Shown in pieces: positions 47,758 to 57,764 of a stretch of 64,000 bases of DNA; the stretch's first letter is position 1, and every line of letters starts with the position of its first letter. The notes below the pieces were generated by a model that was not told where the DNA came from, did no database searches, and saw only the letters and a program-made list of their open reading frames with translations. The position numbers and the translations under genes were made by a program. This stretch comes from an uncultured Planctomycetaceae bacterium (GTDB taxonomy: Bacteria; Planctomycetota; Planctomycetia; Planctomycetales; Planctomycetaceae), in the NCBI GenBank assembly GCA_963976765.1, contig CAXBME010000016.1:124001-188000 (forward strand), given 5' to 3'.

Positions 47758-48861
47758 TCAGGAAGGATCAGGCAGAGGAAAATCTGCCAGAATCTGATTG
47801 AGATGTTTCTCGATCGCGTCTCGACAACGCTCATAATCATCCATCCCTCCTCCAATTGGATCAGGGACGTCTCCGCCATCGCCCGCCAGAACCTGCACTC
47901 GGTCTGCCACTTCAGGTCTCCGCGTGACGATCGCCTGGCGATGACCGCGGGTCATGGTGTAGACAAAGTCAGCGTGATTCAGCAAGCGTTCAGTCAAAGG
48001 CTGACTCTCGTGCGCATCCAGATTCGCTCCCCGTTCGGCTACCAGAGTCGCCGATTCCGGACTTGCGGGAGAACCGTACGAGGCGGCGATTCCGGCTGAT
48101 GAAACGAAGTATCCATGATCCGGAAGTTCGTCGGGATTGCAACCGATTCGCGTCGCAAGCATCTGCCGGAAAAGAGCTTCCGCCATTGGACTGCGGCAGG
48201 TATTGCCGGTGCAGACAAACAGGATCACCTCGGCCGTCATACGACGGACGCTCTGGCTGCTGACAATTCCCTCGCGAAAAACTTCAAAGTCCTCGCCAAT
48301 CAGATTCACTGAGGTCGGACCGTCGGGAAATCGGACTTCCCCGAGATCGACGACAAACTCTGCCCCTTCAGCCAGTCCGTTCAAATCGGCGGCCTGACAG
48401 GCGGGGGAACCGGGAACCACGACGATCAGCGGCGCGGGCAGAATTCGACCAATTTCGTTAATCATCGAGTCCGAAGAAACGGTCACACTGACACGGTCGT
48501 TTCCGAGCAACTCACGAGCTTGAGGGCTCAGCGAATCTACCAGTCCGCCAGACGCGGCTGAGGCATCTGAAGCAAGAATCACCGGCCCCGGCCAGCAGCG
48601 TCGTGCGAGTTTCTTACCAATACGCGACAGGTCTGGCAGAAAGTCGAAAGCCTCTTCAACCGACCGGGACAGCAGTGTGGCAGCGCCGTGACAAAACTTG
48701 TCCAGATTCGCTACTGATCGCTCGGAATTAGCCAGTCCCGCAAGAACGTAGCTACTCTCAGTGGGCAATCCGACCAGCCCCCCCTCCGACAGCACCTGCG
48801 CAGCACGATGAACGAGGTCGCGCTGCTGCTCGGGGCCTTCAGGCCGGACCATCTCCACCAT
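47758..48861 (-). CDS. Fusion of a Sua5/TsaC-like domain and a low-molecular-weight phosphatase (YwlE-like)
   Basis: GLVGLPTESSY, CWPGPV; C-terminal FVCTGNTCRSPMAE and DVPDPIGG. Confidence 0.88.
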   Translation of the reverse strand: MVEMVRPEGPEQQRDLVHRAAQVLSEGGLVGLPTESSYVLAGLANSERSVANLDKFCHGAATLLSRSVEEAFDFLPDLSRIGKKLARRCWPGPVILASDASAASGGLVDSLSPQARELLGNDRVSVTVSSDSMINEIGRILPAPLIVVVPGSPACQAADLNGLAEGAEFVVDLGEVRFPDGPTSVNLIGEDFEVFREGIVSSQSVRRMTAEVILFVCTGNTCRSPMAEALFRQMLATRIGCNPDELPDHGYFVSSAGIAASYGSPASPESATLVAERGANLDAHESQPLTERLLNHADFVYTMTRGHRQAIVTRRPEVADRVQVLAGDGGDVPDPIGGGMDDYERCRDAIEKHLNQILADFPLPDPS

Positions 48862-49078
48862 GAACCTGCGTTCCTTTTCGCCGAGAGTATCCAGTTTTCT
48901 CTCTGCGGCTGCCTGCGTTACGAACCAGCCCGTCAGTTAATCGGGCAATGACATAATTGAGAATGAACAGTCGCCAATCGGTCGGAAACTGCTTCACCTC
49001 AAGTATTTGAGTCGCGGGATTCTACCGGCGGCAAGTGGCTCATTCAACCAGGCTGTCCGGATCAAAGTTCCGCCAGCA

Positions 49079-50434
49079 TCACGCCGAAATATGCCCGGTC
49101 AGCATCAGGACGATCGACACGACAAAGACCAGCGAATACGCCCCGGCCAGCCACACGGAACCTCGTTGAAGCCCGACCGGACAATCTGTCATACAAAGCG
49201 ACGCTCCGGTCGACGCGGGGGGAATCTCGACCGACGGGTATCCGGGGCTCCACAGTTCGCCGTTCTCGGTCCGGTACTCGACGCGGCTCTTCCACAGTGT
49301 CCAGCCAACCAGCCCCACGATACCGGCGGAAATCAGCATGACGTAAGCCGGCATGTCCGGCTCACTGGCGTCTGCCAGTGCTGGCGCAGTCGCCGTAACT
49401 TTGAGCAGCACAACTGCCAGCGAATTGTTGAGCAGATGCAGCAGCATCGGGGCGAGTATGCTTCGCGTCGCCAGGTAGACCAGGTGAATAAAAAACGCGA
49501 GCGGCAGCAACGAAACAACGTGAGCCGGGTGAATGTGCACAGCCGCGAAAAGCACAGACGTCATGATGACGCCCGACAGAATCCCATGTCGGGCGACCAG
49601 ACCTCGCCCGATGATTCCACGGAAGATGACCTCTTCGCCAATCGCCGGAGCGACGGCCACCACGAGAAACAATAGCCCGATTGGAGCGGTTTCGCCCAGC
49701 GGTTTAATGCTCTCGTTGACGTTCAGATTCTCGAAAAGTCCCATGCCAGGCAGGTGAGCGAAGAATTCGTTCCAGATCCCCAGCGCCAGTTGGTGAAAAC
49801 CGCCACACATCAGCGAAATGGGGATCGACACCGCGCAGATCAGCAGCACGTGATTCATCTGCAGCGACCGAATCCCCATCAGATAAGCCGTCCGCGGCCC
49901 CAGCCGAAGCCGAGTGGCGACGACGGCGGCGACCAGAAACACAAGCATCTCGATCGTCATCAGCTCAAGCCCGAACGTGTCGGGCAAGGCCATGATCACG
50001 GCCTTCAGTCTTTCCGGAGACGGCGAAGCTCCGGCGGTCGTCATGTCGACGATCTGCAGGGTCATGACAGCAAACACCGCCACCAGCATCCCGATCAGAT
50101 GGATTCCGATGACCGCCAGCATCCAGCCGACCGCTTCCGGAATCCCCGGTCCGGGTGGCCGACGGCTCATCCCTCGACGCTGCATTTGCAGCCGCCGCGA
50201 GACTTCGTCGCGTCCCTCAGCGTCCGACTTTGCATGGCCGGGAACGTGCCCGGATTCGAGATTGTCTCGAAACGCTGCGACTTCCGCTCGGTCCGCTTCG
50301 TTGAGAACTGCCTCATTGAGCGACACCTCGTTAAGGGCCAGTCTGGCAGACGAGTCTTCGATCCAGGGCGAGTCGTCAGATGTTTCTGCCGGCTGAGGGT
50401 CGAGACGGTCATCAGGAGTCGTCGGCTCGGACAT
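49079..50434 (-). CDS. CPBP (CAAX/Abi) intramembrane metalloprotease
   Basis: IGEEVIFRG, LFAAVH, LHLLNN. Confidence 0.9.
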   Translation of the reverse strand: MSEPTTPDDRLDPQPAETSDDSPWIEDSSARLALNEVSLNEAVLNEADRAEVAAFRDNLESGHVPGHAKSDAEGRDEVSRRLQMQRRGMSRRPPGPGIPEAVGWMLAVIGIHLIGMLVAVFAVMTLQIVDMTTAGASPSPERLKAVIMALPDTFGLELMTIEMLVFLVAAVVATRLRLGPRTAYLMGIRSLQMNHVLLICAVSIPISLMCGGFHQLALGIWNEFFAHLPGMGLFENLNVNESIKPLGETAPIGLLFLVVAVAPAIGEEVIFRGIIGRGLVARHGILSGVIMTSVLFAAVHIHPAHVVSLLPLAFFIHLVYLATRSILAPMLLHLLNNSLAVVLLKVTATAPALADASEPDMPAYVMLISAGIVGLVGWTLWKSRVEYRTENGELWSPGYPSVEIPPASTGASLCMTDCPVGLQRGSVWLAGAYSLVFVVSIVLMLTGHISA

Positions 50435-50835
50435 ATCTTCTCCGCACGGGCTCTATAAATGTGGTCAGGCAGTTATCACTGGAACGAGACAATCGACATC
50501 ACGGTGCCCTGCGCGAGAACGAGTTTCAAGCAGGCAATGCCCGCCATCAGCGAAACGCGACCGCACTTGTCTCGAAGGCTTCCAGTCAGAACAGTCAGGC
50601 AGAATGCGTACTCTATCAAGCTGGACAACCCGGACAGGTAACTCAAATCACCCGTTTGCGGCAAACCGGAATAGACAGAATCGCGACTGTGATGTTCATT
50701 CAGTAGGATGACTCTCATTCTTCCCGAATTCCGTCCGAACGCCGGAGCAAAGTTGCACGAATCCCGCATGTTGCCGATCCGGCACAAGGGAAGTCTGGAT
50801 TCGGTCCTACTGTCAGGAGCTAAGGAAGAGTCCGA

Positions 50836-52296
50836 GTGAATTCCAATTCTGCCGACAAGCTGCCAGAAATCGACCTTTCTGCCACATGGACGTTGTTCTG
50901 TGTTGGCTGCAATCAACGCTTTCCGTGTAATTCGGAAAACGACGCCTGCCCGAACTGCGGCTTCCACGCGATCTTTAACGACACTTCCGACGATGAAACC
51001 ATCGTTTCGCGCGACGCCAGTGAAGAAGGCTTCCGCGAGGTCGCCAAAGTCGCGGCCGATAACGACCCGCTGATCGGTCAGGCTCTGCACGTCTATCAGT
51101 GCATCTCGCTGATCGGCAGCGGCGGAATGGGCCGAGTCTACCTGGCTCATCACAAAGACCTTGAACGCCGCTGTGCTCTGAAGCTGCTGTCGCCTCGTCG
51201 CGCCACCTGCGATGAGGAATACGTCGCTCGGTTTGTCGAAGAAGGTCGATCCGCCGCCGCGCTCGTCCACCCGAACATCGTCACCGTCCACGCGGTCGGA
51301 CAGGTCAACGGAAAACACTTCCTCGAAATGGAGTTCATCGCCGGACGATCACTCCAGCAGCTGATCAACGACGAAGGCCAGTTGACCATCCCGCGAGCTT
51401 TGTCGCTCATTGCCCGCACGGCTGATGGACTCGCCGCCGCCCACCGCGACGACATCATTCACCGCGACGTCAAACCGGACAATATCATGCTGACGAAGCG
51501 CGGCGAGCCGAAGATCAGCGACTTCGGTCTCGCCAAACGCGTGCTCAACAGCAAAGGCAGGCCCATGGCCGACGGCATTTGCGGCACCCCCAATTACATG
51601 GCTCCGGAACTTTTCCAGGGCGACGAGGCAACACCAGCCAGCGACGTCTACGCCCTTGGCGTCACCTTGTTTCTAGCCCTCACCGGGCGACTGCCCTACC
51701 AGGCCGAATCGATCCAGCAGCTTCGGTGGAAAGGCCGCAACGAACCCATCCCCAACGTTCGCCGAATGCGTTCAGACGTTCCACTGGAAGTCGCCGAATG
51801 CGTGGCCATGATGACCGCCCCCGCGCCGGGTAACCGACCGCAGGACGCCATCGCCGCCTCGCAACTTCTGCACGCAGTGCTCGGCCAGGAACGCGATCTT
51901 GAGTCTTTACTCATCGAAGCGTTCCGGCACGAGCCGGGAATCGCCTGGACCAGGTTCGGAGACACCTACACGCTCGTTCGATCCCTGCCAGGCAACCGCA
52001 AACAGACGGTTTTCCTCGAACCCAGCGACCACGCGTTCGGGGACAGACTGCTCCTGTTCTACAGCGTTTGCGGGCCGGCTGAGCCGGACTACTATGAACA
52101 GGCATTGCGGCTGAATTCTGAAATGCTGCACGGCAGTCTGGCAATTCGGCAAATCGATGGCGAGCCGTACTTCGTCGTTGTGGACACTTACCCTCGCTCG
52201 ACCGTCGACCCGGAAGAAATCCGGCGAACGGTGTTCGATATCGCTCACAACGCCGACCAGGTCGAACAACGCCTGACTGGCCTGGACCGGCATTAG
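50836..52296 (+). CDS. Soluble Ser/Thr protein kinase with N-terminal zinc ribbon and C-terminal YbjN/chaperone-like domain
   Basis: CVGC...CPNC; IGSGGMGRV, HRDVKPDN, SDFGLAK, GTPNYMAPE; tail ALRLNSEMLHGSLAI...ADQVEQRLTGLD. Confidence 0.9.
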   Translation: MNSNSADKLPEIDLSATWTLFCVGCNQRFPCNSENDACPNCGFHAIFNDTSDDETIVSRDASEEGFREVAKVAADNDPLIGQALHVYQCISLIGSGGMGRVYLAHHKDLERRCALKLLSPRRATCDEEYVARFVEEGRSAAALVHPNIVTVHAVGQVNGKHFLEMEFIAGRSLQQLINDEGQLTIPRALSLIARTADGLAAAHRDDIIHRDVKPDNIMLTKRGEPKISDFGLAKRVLNSKGRPMADGICGTPNYMAPELFQGDEATPASDVYALGVTLFLALTGRLPYQAESIQQLRWKGRNEPIPNVRRMRSDVPLEVAECVAMMTAPAPGNRPQDAIAASQLLHAVLGQERDLESLLIEAFRHEPGIAWTRFGDTYTLVRSLPGNRKQTVFLEPSDHAFGDRLLLFYSVCGPAEPDYYEQALRLNSEMLHGSLAIRQIDGEPYFVVVDTYPRSTVDPEEIRRTVFDIAHNADQVEQRLTGLDRH

Positions 52297-52383
52297 CTAC
52301 TACCGTTCCCGCCGTTCGTGAACCGCAACTCACACAAATCGTTGAGCGTCGTCTCGATCGTCCTGAGACCGCAGATTTCGACG

Positions 52384-52461
52384 TGTGCCACTGACTCTGC
52401 CAGTGCAGCATCGGCTCACGACACCGATTTTCACGAAGGCACTGGCAAAGCCGGTGGCACA
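52384..52461. repeat. REP-like inverted doublet
   Basis: TGTGCCACTGACTCTGCCAGTGC ... GCACTGGCAAAGCCGGTGGCACA. Confidence 0.8.
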
Positions 52462-52504
52462 TTTTTTCAACACGCTGCAAGCCTCACGCCGAAGTCACTC
52501 TCCG

Positions 52505-53560
52505 ATGGAACAACTTCTCCAGGAATTTCTGGAACCCCGTTCAACGATCTCTCTGCTGGGGATCATCGCTGTCAGCCTCGTCGCGCTGGGCAAGTTTGCC
52601 GACCTGGTCGTTGACTATGCGGTCGTCCTTTCCGAGCGCTCGGGTATTCCAAAGGTCGTTATTGGAGCCACCGTCGTCAGCCTCGGCACGACAGCTCCGG
52701 AAGTCGCCGTTTCAGTCACGGCGGCCTTCAATGGGAACCCCGGCCTGGCGATGGGAAATGCCGTCGGGTCAATCATCTGCGACACCGGGCTGATCCTGGG
52801 TGTGGCTTGTCTGATTCGACCGTTGACAATTCCCTGGGACATTGCCAACCGACAGGGCTGGGTTCAGCTGGCCTGCGGATTTCTGATCGTGCTGCTGTCG
52901 ATTCCCTGGGCCGCCCCATTTTCACCTTACACCGACGGAGCCGAGGGGAACTTCCCGCAGTGGGCCGGCTTTCTGTGTTTGGGTTTACTGGCCGTTTATC
53001 TGTGGGTATCTGTCAAGTGGTCGATGGGTTCGGGAGCGGCCGCGTCTGAAGGCGTCGAAGAAGTAGGCGACAGTGAAGCATCCGTTCCAGCGGCAGTCCT
53101 CATCGTCAAGATCATTCTGTCTCTGGCTGGCGTGATCCTGTCGGCAAACATCCTTATTCCTGCCGTGACCATCGTCGCTATTCGACTGAACGTTCCCGAA
53201 GCCGTCATCGCGTTGACGCTGGTTGCGTTCGGAACGTCGCTGCCGGAACTGGTGACGGCGATCCAGGCCGCCCGCAAGGGACACGGCGACCTCGCCGTCG
53301 GAAACATCATAGGAGCCGACATTCTGAATGCACTGTTTGTTGCCGGAGCCGCCGCTGCCGTCACTCCTGCCGGGCTGACCGTCGACCAGTCATTCTTCTG
53401 GCCAGCCTTCCCGGCGATGTTGTTTGTGCTGGTCGTTTTCCGAATCGGCATCTATGTTTGCCGAACGCAGCTCACGCGGAAGTTTGGCTTCGTGCTGCTG
53501 GCAGCGTATTTTGCTTACCTCGCAGTCAGTATCGTCGGCGGCGTCAATCCCGGACACTGA
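52505..53560 (+). CDS. Calcium/sodium antiporter (YrbG/CaCA family)
   Basis: Alpha repeats GTTAPE...GNAVGS and GTSLPE...GNIIGA. Confidence 0.93.
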   Translation: MEQLLQEFLEPRSTISLLGIIAVSLVALGKFADLVVDYAVVLSERSGIPKVVIGATVVSLGTTAPEVAVSVTAAFNGNPGLAMGNAVGSIICDTGLILGVACLIRPLTIPWDIANRQGWVQLACGFLIVLLSIPWAAPFSPYTDGAEGNFPQWAGFLCLGLLAVYLWVSVKWSMGSGAAASEGVEEVGDSEASVPAAVLIVKIILSLAGVILSANILIPAVTIVAIRLNVPEAVIALTLVAFGTSLPELVTAIQAARKGHGDLAVGNIIGADILNALFVAGAAAAVTPAGLTVDQSFFWPAFPAMLFVLVVFRIGIYVCRTQLTRKFGFVLLAAYFAYLAVSIVGGVNPGH

Positions 53561-53583
53561 CATTCCCAGCAACTCGCAACGCT

Positions 53584-53656
53584 GTAGGGTGGGTACTGCT
53601 CACCAACTATTTGAACAACGCGGCATTCCGAAACTGGTGGGCAGTGCCCACCCTAC
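53584..53656. repeat. GTAG-type REP doublet (REPIN)
   Basis: GTAGGGTGGGTACTGCTCACCA ... TGGTGGGCAGTGCCCACCCTAC. Confidence 0.88.
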
Positions 53657-53668
53657 TTAAGCGGACAG

Positions 53669-54901
53669 ATGATGCAGACACTCTCACAAGCTGAAGTGCG
53701 ACAACGAATCTCGGAACGGCTCGACTCTTCGGAATTCACCAGCAAAAAAGTTCTGTTGATCGTTCCTGACGCAACTCGAACCGCTCCGCTGCCGTTGCTC
53801 TTTGACGCGGTACATGGAGAACTCACCAGCGTCGGTGCAAAAGTCGACGTCATGATCGCTCTGGGCACTCATCCCGGAATGTCGGAAGCAGCGATTCTGA
53901 AACTGCTCGGCATCAGCGACGAAGATCGAACCGGCAGGTATGCCGACGTCGGGCTGTTCAATCACGAATGGGACAACCCGGAAGCTCTGACTTCGATTGG
54001 TGAACTGACGAAGGCCGACGTCGAAGAAATTTCTGACGGACTGCTTTCCCTCGACGTCAACGTGCAGATCAACGCGAAGATTCGCAACTACGACACGCTG
54101 CTCGTACTGGGCCCGGTGTTTCCGCACGAGGTCGTCGGTTTCTCCGGCGGCAACAAATACTTCTTCCCCGGCATTTCCGGGCCCGACCTGCTCAACTTTT
54201 TCCACTGGCTGGGAGCGCTCATCACCAACGTCGGAATTATCGGCGTTAAAGACACGCCTGTTCGCCGAGTCGTTGACCGAGCTGCAACATTGATTCCGGT
54301 TGACCGTCGAGCGTTGACCTTCGTCGTGAATGGCAAAGCGGATATCTACGACCTGTTTTATGGAACTCCAGAAAAAGCCTGGGACTCGGCGGCGGACGTC
54401 TCGGCTCAAGTTCACATCGAGCGAGTCGAAAAGCCGTTCAAACAGGTTCTCTCCTGCGCACCGTTGATGTACGACGAACTCTGGGTCGCCGGAAAGTGCA
54501 TGTACAAACTCGAATCCGTCGTGGCCGACGGCGGCGAGCTGATCATCTACGCGCCGCATCTCGATGAAGTCTCGACCGAGCACGGTAAGTACATCATGGA
54601 AATCGGCTACCACATTCGAGACTACTTCCAGAAGCAGTGGGACGATTTCAAGCACTACCCCTGGGGAGTACTCGCTCACTCAACGCACGTTCGAGGAACC
54701 GGCACATTCGAAGACGGTGTCGAGAAACCTCGCATTCAGGTGACACTGGCCTCGAAGATCCCGCCGGACGTCTGCAAGCAGATCAACCTCGGATACCGCG
54801 ATCCGGCCACGATCGATGTCGAATCGTTCGCCAACCGCGAAGACGAAGGCATCCTGCTGGTTCGCAAAGCGGGTGAACAACTCTATCGATTGCAGGAGTA
54901 G
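53669..54901 (+). CDS. LarA-family nickel-pincer 2-hydroxyacid racemase/epimerase
   Basis: IVPDATRT, ALGTH, PHEVVGFSGGNKYFFPG, VVADGGELI. Confidence 0.88.
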   Translation: MMQTLSQAEVRQRISERLDSSEFTSKKVLLIVPDATRTAPLPLLFDAVHGELTSVGAKVDVMIALGTHPGMSEAAILKLLGISDEDRTGRYADVGLFNHEWDNPEALTSIGELTKADVEEISDGLLSLDVNVQINAKIRNYDTLLVLGPVFPHEVVGFSGGNKYFFPGISGPDLLNFFHWLGALITNVGIIGVKDTPVRRVVDRAATLIPVDRRALTFVVNGKADIYDLFYGTPEKAWDSAADVSAQVHIERVEKPFKQVLSCAPLMYDELWVAGKCMYKLESVVADGGELIIYAPHLDEVSTEHGKYIMEIGYHIRDYFQKQWDDFKHYPWGVLAHSTHVRGTGTFEDGVEKPRIQVTLASKIPPDVCKQINLGYRDPATIDVESFANREDEGILLVRKAGEQLYRLQE

Positions 54902-55030
54902 AGTCGACGCAGAACAATCCACTCACGCAACGCAATTGACCGGTTGTTGTTTCGCGTGTTCGGCGGGCCGCATTCTCAGACAGGACATTCAGCGAGTCGG
55001 GAGTGCTTCATCCTTTGCGCCGGCACGGAC

Positions 55031-55408
55031 ATGCGACCCCAGATTCACATCATCGACGACGAAGCCAGTATTAGAGAATCCCTCACCGCCCTTCTGGATG
55101 TTTTCGGTTGGGAAGCTCACACATACGCAACCGCATCCGGATACCTGGCAACCCTCTCCGAAACCGACACTGATCGGCCGCAGTGCCTGCTCGTCGACGT
55201 TCAGTTACCGGAAATGAGCGGCCTCGACCTGTTGAAAGAACTGAATCGACGCGGAGTTTCGATTCCGTTCATCGTCATGACCGGACACGGCGACAACGCG
55301 ATTGAAGCACGGGCCGCCGAGCAGAACGCCGTCGGCTATTTTCAGAAGCCGTTCCACACGTCAGAATTGCTGAAAACTCTTTCCAGTATTCTTTCACCAG
55401 CAACCTGA
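55031..55408 (+). CDS. Single-domain response regulator (FixJ-like receiver)
   Basis: IIDDE, LVDVQLPEMSGLDL, MTGHG, FQKPF. Confidence 0.9.
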   Translation: MRPQIHIIDDEASIRESLTALLDVFGWEAHTYATASGYLATLSETDTDRPQCLLVDVQLPEMSGLDLLKELNRRGVSIPFIVMTGHGDNAIEARAAEQNAVGYFQKPFHTSELLKTLSSILSPAT

Positions 55409-55460
55409 CCGTCTCCAGAAATACTCGACGGTTCCTCTAAAGCTCTTCGAGGCATTTTGG

Positions 55461-57698
55461 GTGTTTTCACGTAGCGACTATCAGCTCAAACAGACTCTTC
55501 TCGTGGCCATCGCGCTTACTACTCTACTCGCCCAATCCGACAGCTCTGCATCGACCGATCCTGCTCCGCCGCTGCTGGCCATCTCGAAAGTCCGTGCATT
55601 GAGCCGAGCCGAAATGGCCAGGCTGGACGACGTTCGCATTCGAGGGTCGATCGCATTTATCAATAACGAGTGGAAAGTTCTGTTCGTCTACCAGGATGGC
55701 GAGTCAGTCAAAGTTGGGTTTGACGTCGACCTTCAGGTTTCTGTCGGCACACCGGTCGAGATTAAAGGTCAGGTTGTTCTCGGAGATGTCGGGCCAGTCA
55801 TCGTGGCGACCGACCTTCAGGAACTGCACATCAATGATCCAGGCGAAGAATTTGCTCCCGTCCCGATCAAAATCGACCAGACGACGCCATTCTCAGCCAG
55901 CCTGGTTGATCAATGGGTGGAATTCGAAGGCCCGGCTTATTCGGCAGTGGCCGACAACAAGCACAGCTATGTCAGCCTGGCCGGAAAAATGTTCGGCGTT
56001 TACGCGATCATTCCAAACTCGGATGAACTGCCACCGCTGGAGATACTTCGAGAAGCACCGCTCCGAATCCGAGGCATTCCAAGTATCAGTGTCCAGCCTG
56101 GCGCCGAGGGACAGATCGATTTTCTGATTCCGAACGCATCGAATGTCGAAATCCTCAAAACGGCAGACGAGATAATCGATCCAAAGCCACGCAGGATCGC
56201 AGAAATCGGACGAGTCGATATGCGAGGCACTTCGGAGGCGCCCGCCAGAATTCGTGCGGTTGTTCGATGCGTCAGTCAGAGTGGAAAGCTTTTCATTGCC
56301 GACGAAACCGGATCGCTGATGGTCGAAATGAATCCCGAGATCTCTGTCGGTGAACTGGCGACAGGAAACGTCATCGAAGTCGAAGGATTTGTCGTTCGGA
56401 ACCGGAAACACGAATACATCACTGATGCGAAGTTTCGTTACATTGGCAAAGGTTTTTCGCTGCATCCAGAGCAAGTAACAGCAGCAAAAGCCGTGAAACA
56501 CCCGGCAGAACTGATAGAACTTGATGGAACACTGATTTCCCGAAGCGACGGAAACAGCAGCCTTCTGATGAAGAATGGGATGCAAAGCTTTCGCGTTCTG
56601 GCAAACGATGAGCTGTCGAAATACTTGAACCAATGGAGTGTTGGCAGTCGATTCCGATTAACAGGTTGCACCTGGTTCAGCAAAGAACTGGACACCACTT
56701 TCGAGTTTTACCCGAACACAGCATCCGTCATTTTTGGCCTGCCGGCAGAGGAGTCGCCAGAATCGTCTACAGAATCAGCCGTGACAAATCCGGTGGAAAA
56801 CTCGATGCCCCAGTCGGGATCGTCATTCTACGGAGTTTTGTTCACTCACGGACCGCAATTTGTCTGGTTAGCGTTGCAGGTTGCCTTTGTCCTGACTGCC
56901 GTGACAATCGCCTGGCAGCTTCACCGTCGTCTGAAAACTCAGGAGAAATTTCACAAGTCGATCCATGAGCAGCTCAGCAACCTGTCACACATTGCGAGGC
57001 TCAACACGCTGGCTGAAATGGTTGGCGCACTGGCTCATGAACTGAATCAACCACTCGCCAGCGTTTCAAACTATGCCGCCGCCGCCGAACTGCTCAGCCG
57101 AAAAGAGCCAGCCGATCCCGAAAAGCTGAACAACGTCCTGATAAACATCGGGCAGGAAGCCTTTCGGGCAGGCGAGATCATCCGCCGTTTGCGGCACCTG
57201 GTTCGCAAGAAGACACCCGGTTCACTTCCAATTCAGCTTTCTGAAATCATCAGTGAAACCGTTGAGCTGTTTAAAACTCAGCATGTCACCGCCAGCGGGC
57301 TTGTCCAGGTCGACATCCCCGACAACCTGCCAGCTGTCCAGGCAGACTCGGTACAGATCCAGCAGGTGATTCTGAATCTACTGCTCAACGCCCGAGACGC
57401 GACTGAGACGCTGACCGACCGACCGCCAACTATTCAAATAAAGGCCGCTCTTGAAGCTGGCATGGTCAGCGTTTCTGTCTCGGACAACGGAATCGGAATC
57501 AACAGTTCAAACCCGGATGCCATCTTCGAGCCTTACTTCACCACCCGGGAAGAAGGCACCGGACTGGGCCTCGCCATCAGCCGCACGATCATCGAAACCC
57601 ACGGTGGCAAAATCACTGCGGAAAACCAAACTCCCCACGGCACAAGGATTACGTTCTCGCTGCCCGTCTCCGGAACACTGTCAAACATCGTCGGATAG
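55461..57698 (+). CDS. Sensor histidine kinase with a large extracytoplasmic region
   Basis: LAHELNQPL, QQVILNLLLNA, DNGIGI, FEPYFTT, GTGLGL. Confidence 0.93.
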   Translation: MFSRSDYQLKQTLLVAIALTTLLAQSDSSASTDPAPPLLAISKVRALSRAEMARLDDVRIRGSIAFINNEWKVLFVYQDGESVKVGFDVDLQVSVGTPVEIKGQVVLGDVGPVIVATDLQELHINDPGEEFAPVPIKIDQTTPFSASLVDQWVEFEGPAYSAVADNKHSYVSLAGKMFGVYAIIPNSDELPPLEILREAPLRIRGIPSISVQPGAEGQIDFLIPNASNVEILKTADEIIDPKPRRIAEIGRVDMRGTSEAPARIRAVVRCVSQSGKLFIADETGSLMVEMNPEISVGELATGNVIEVEGFVVRNRKHEYITDAKFRYIGKGFSLHPEQVTAAKAVKHPAELIELDGTLISRSDGNSSLLMKNGMQSFRVLANDELSKYLNQWSVGSRFRLTGCTWFSKELDTTFEFYPNTASVIFGLPAEESPESSTESAVTNPVENSMPQSGSSFYGVLFTHGPQFVWLALQVAFVLTAVTIAWQLHRRLKTQEKFHKSIHEQLSNLSHIARLNTLAEMVGALAHELNQPLASVSNYAAAAELLSRKEPADPEKLNNVLINIGQEAFRAGEIIRRLRHLVRKKTPGSLPIQLSEIISETVELFKTQHVTASGLVQVDIPDNLPAVQADSVQIQQVILNLLLNARDATETLTDRPPTIQIKAALEAGMVSVSVSDNGIGINSSNPDAIFEPYFTTREEGTGLGLAISRTIIETHGGKITAENQTPHGTRITFSLPVSGTLSNIVG

Positions 57699-57764
57699 CA
57701 GTCCCTGAACCCGGCAGACTCCGTCTGGCTGCGAGTCTGCGGCGACCAGGCTACGATCATCGCC

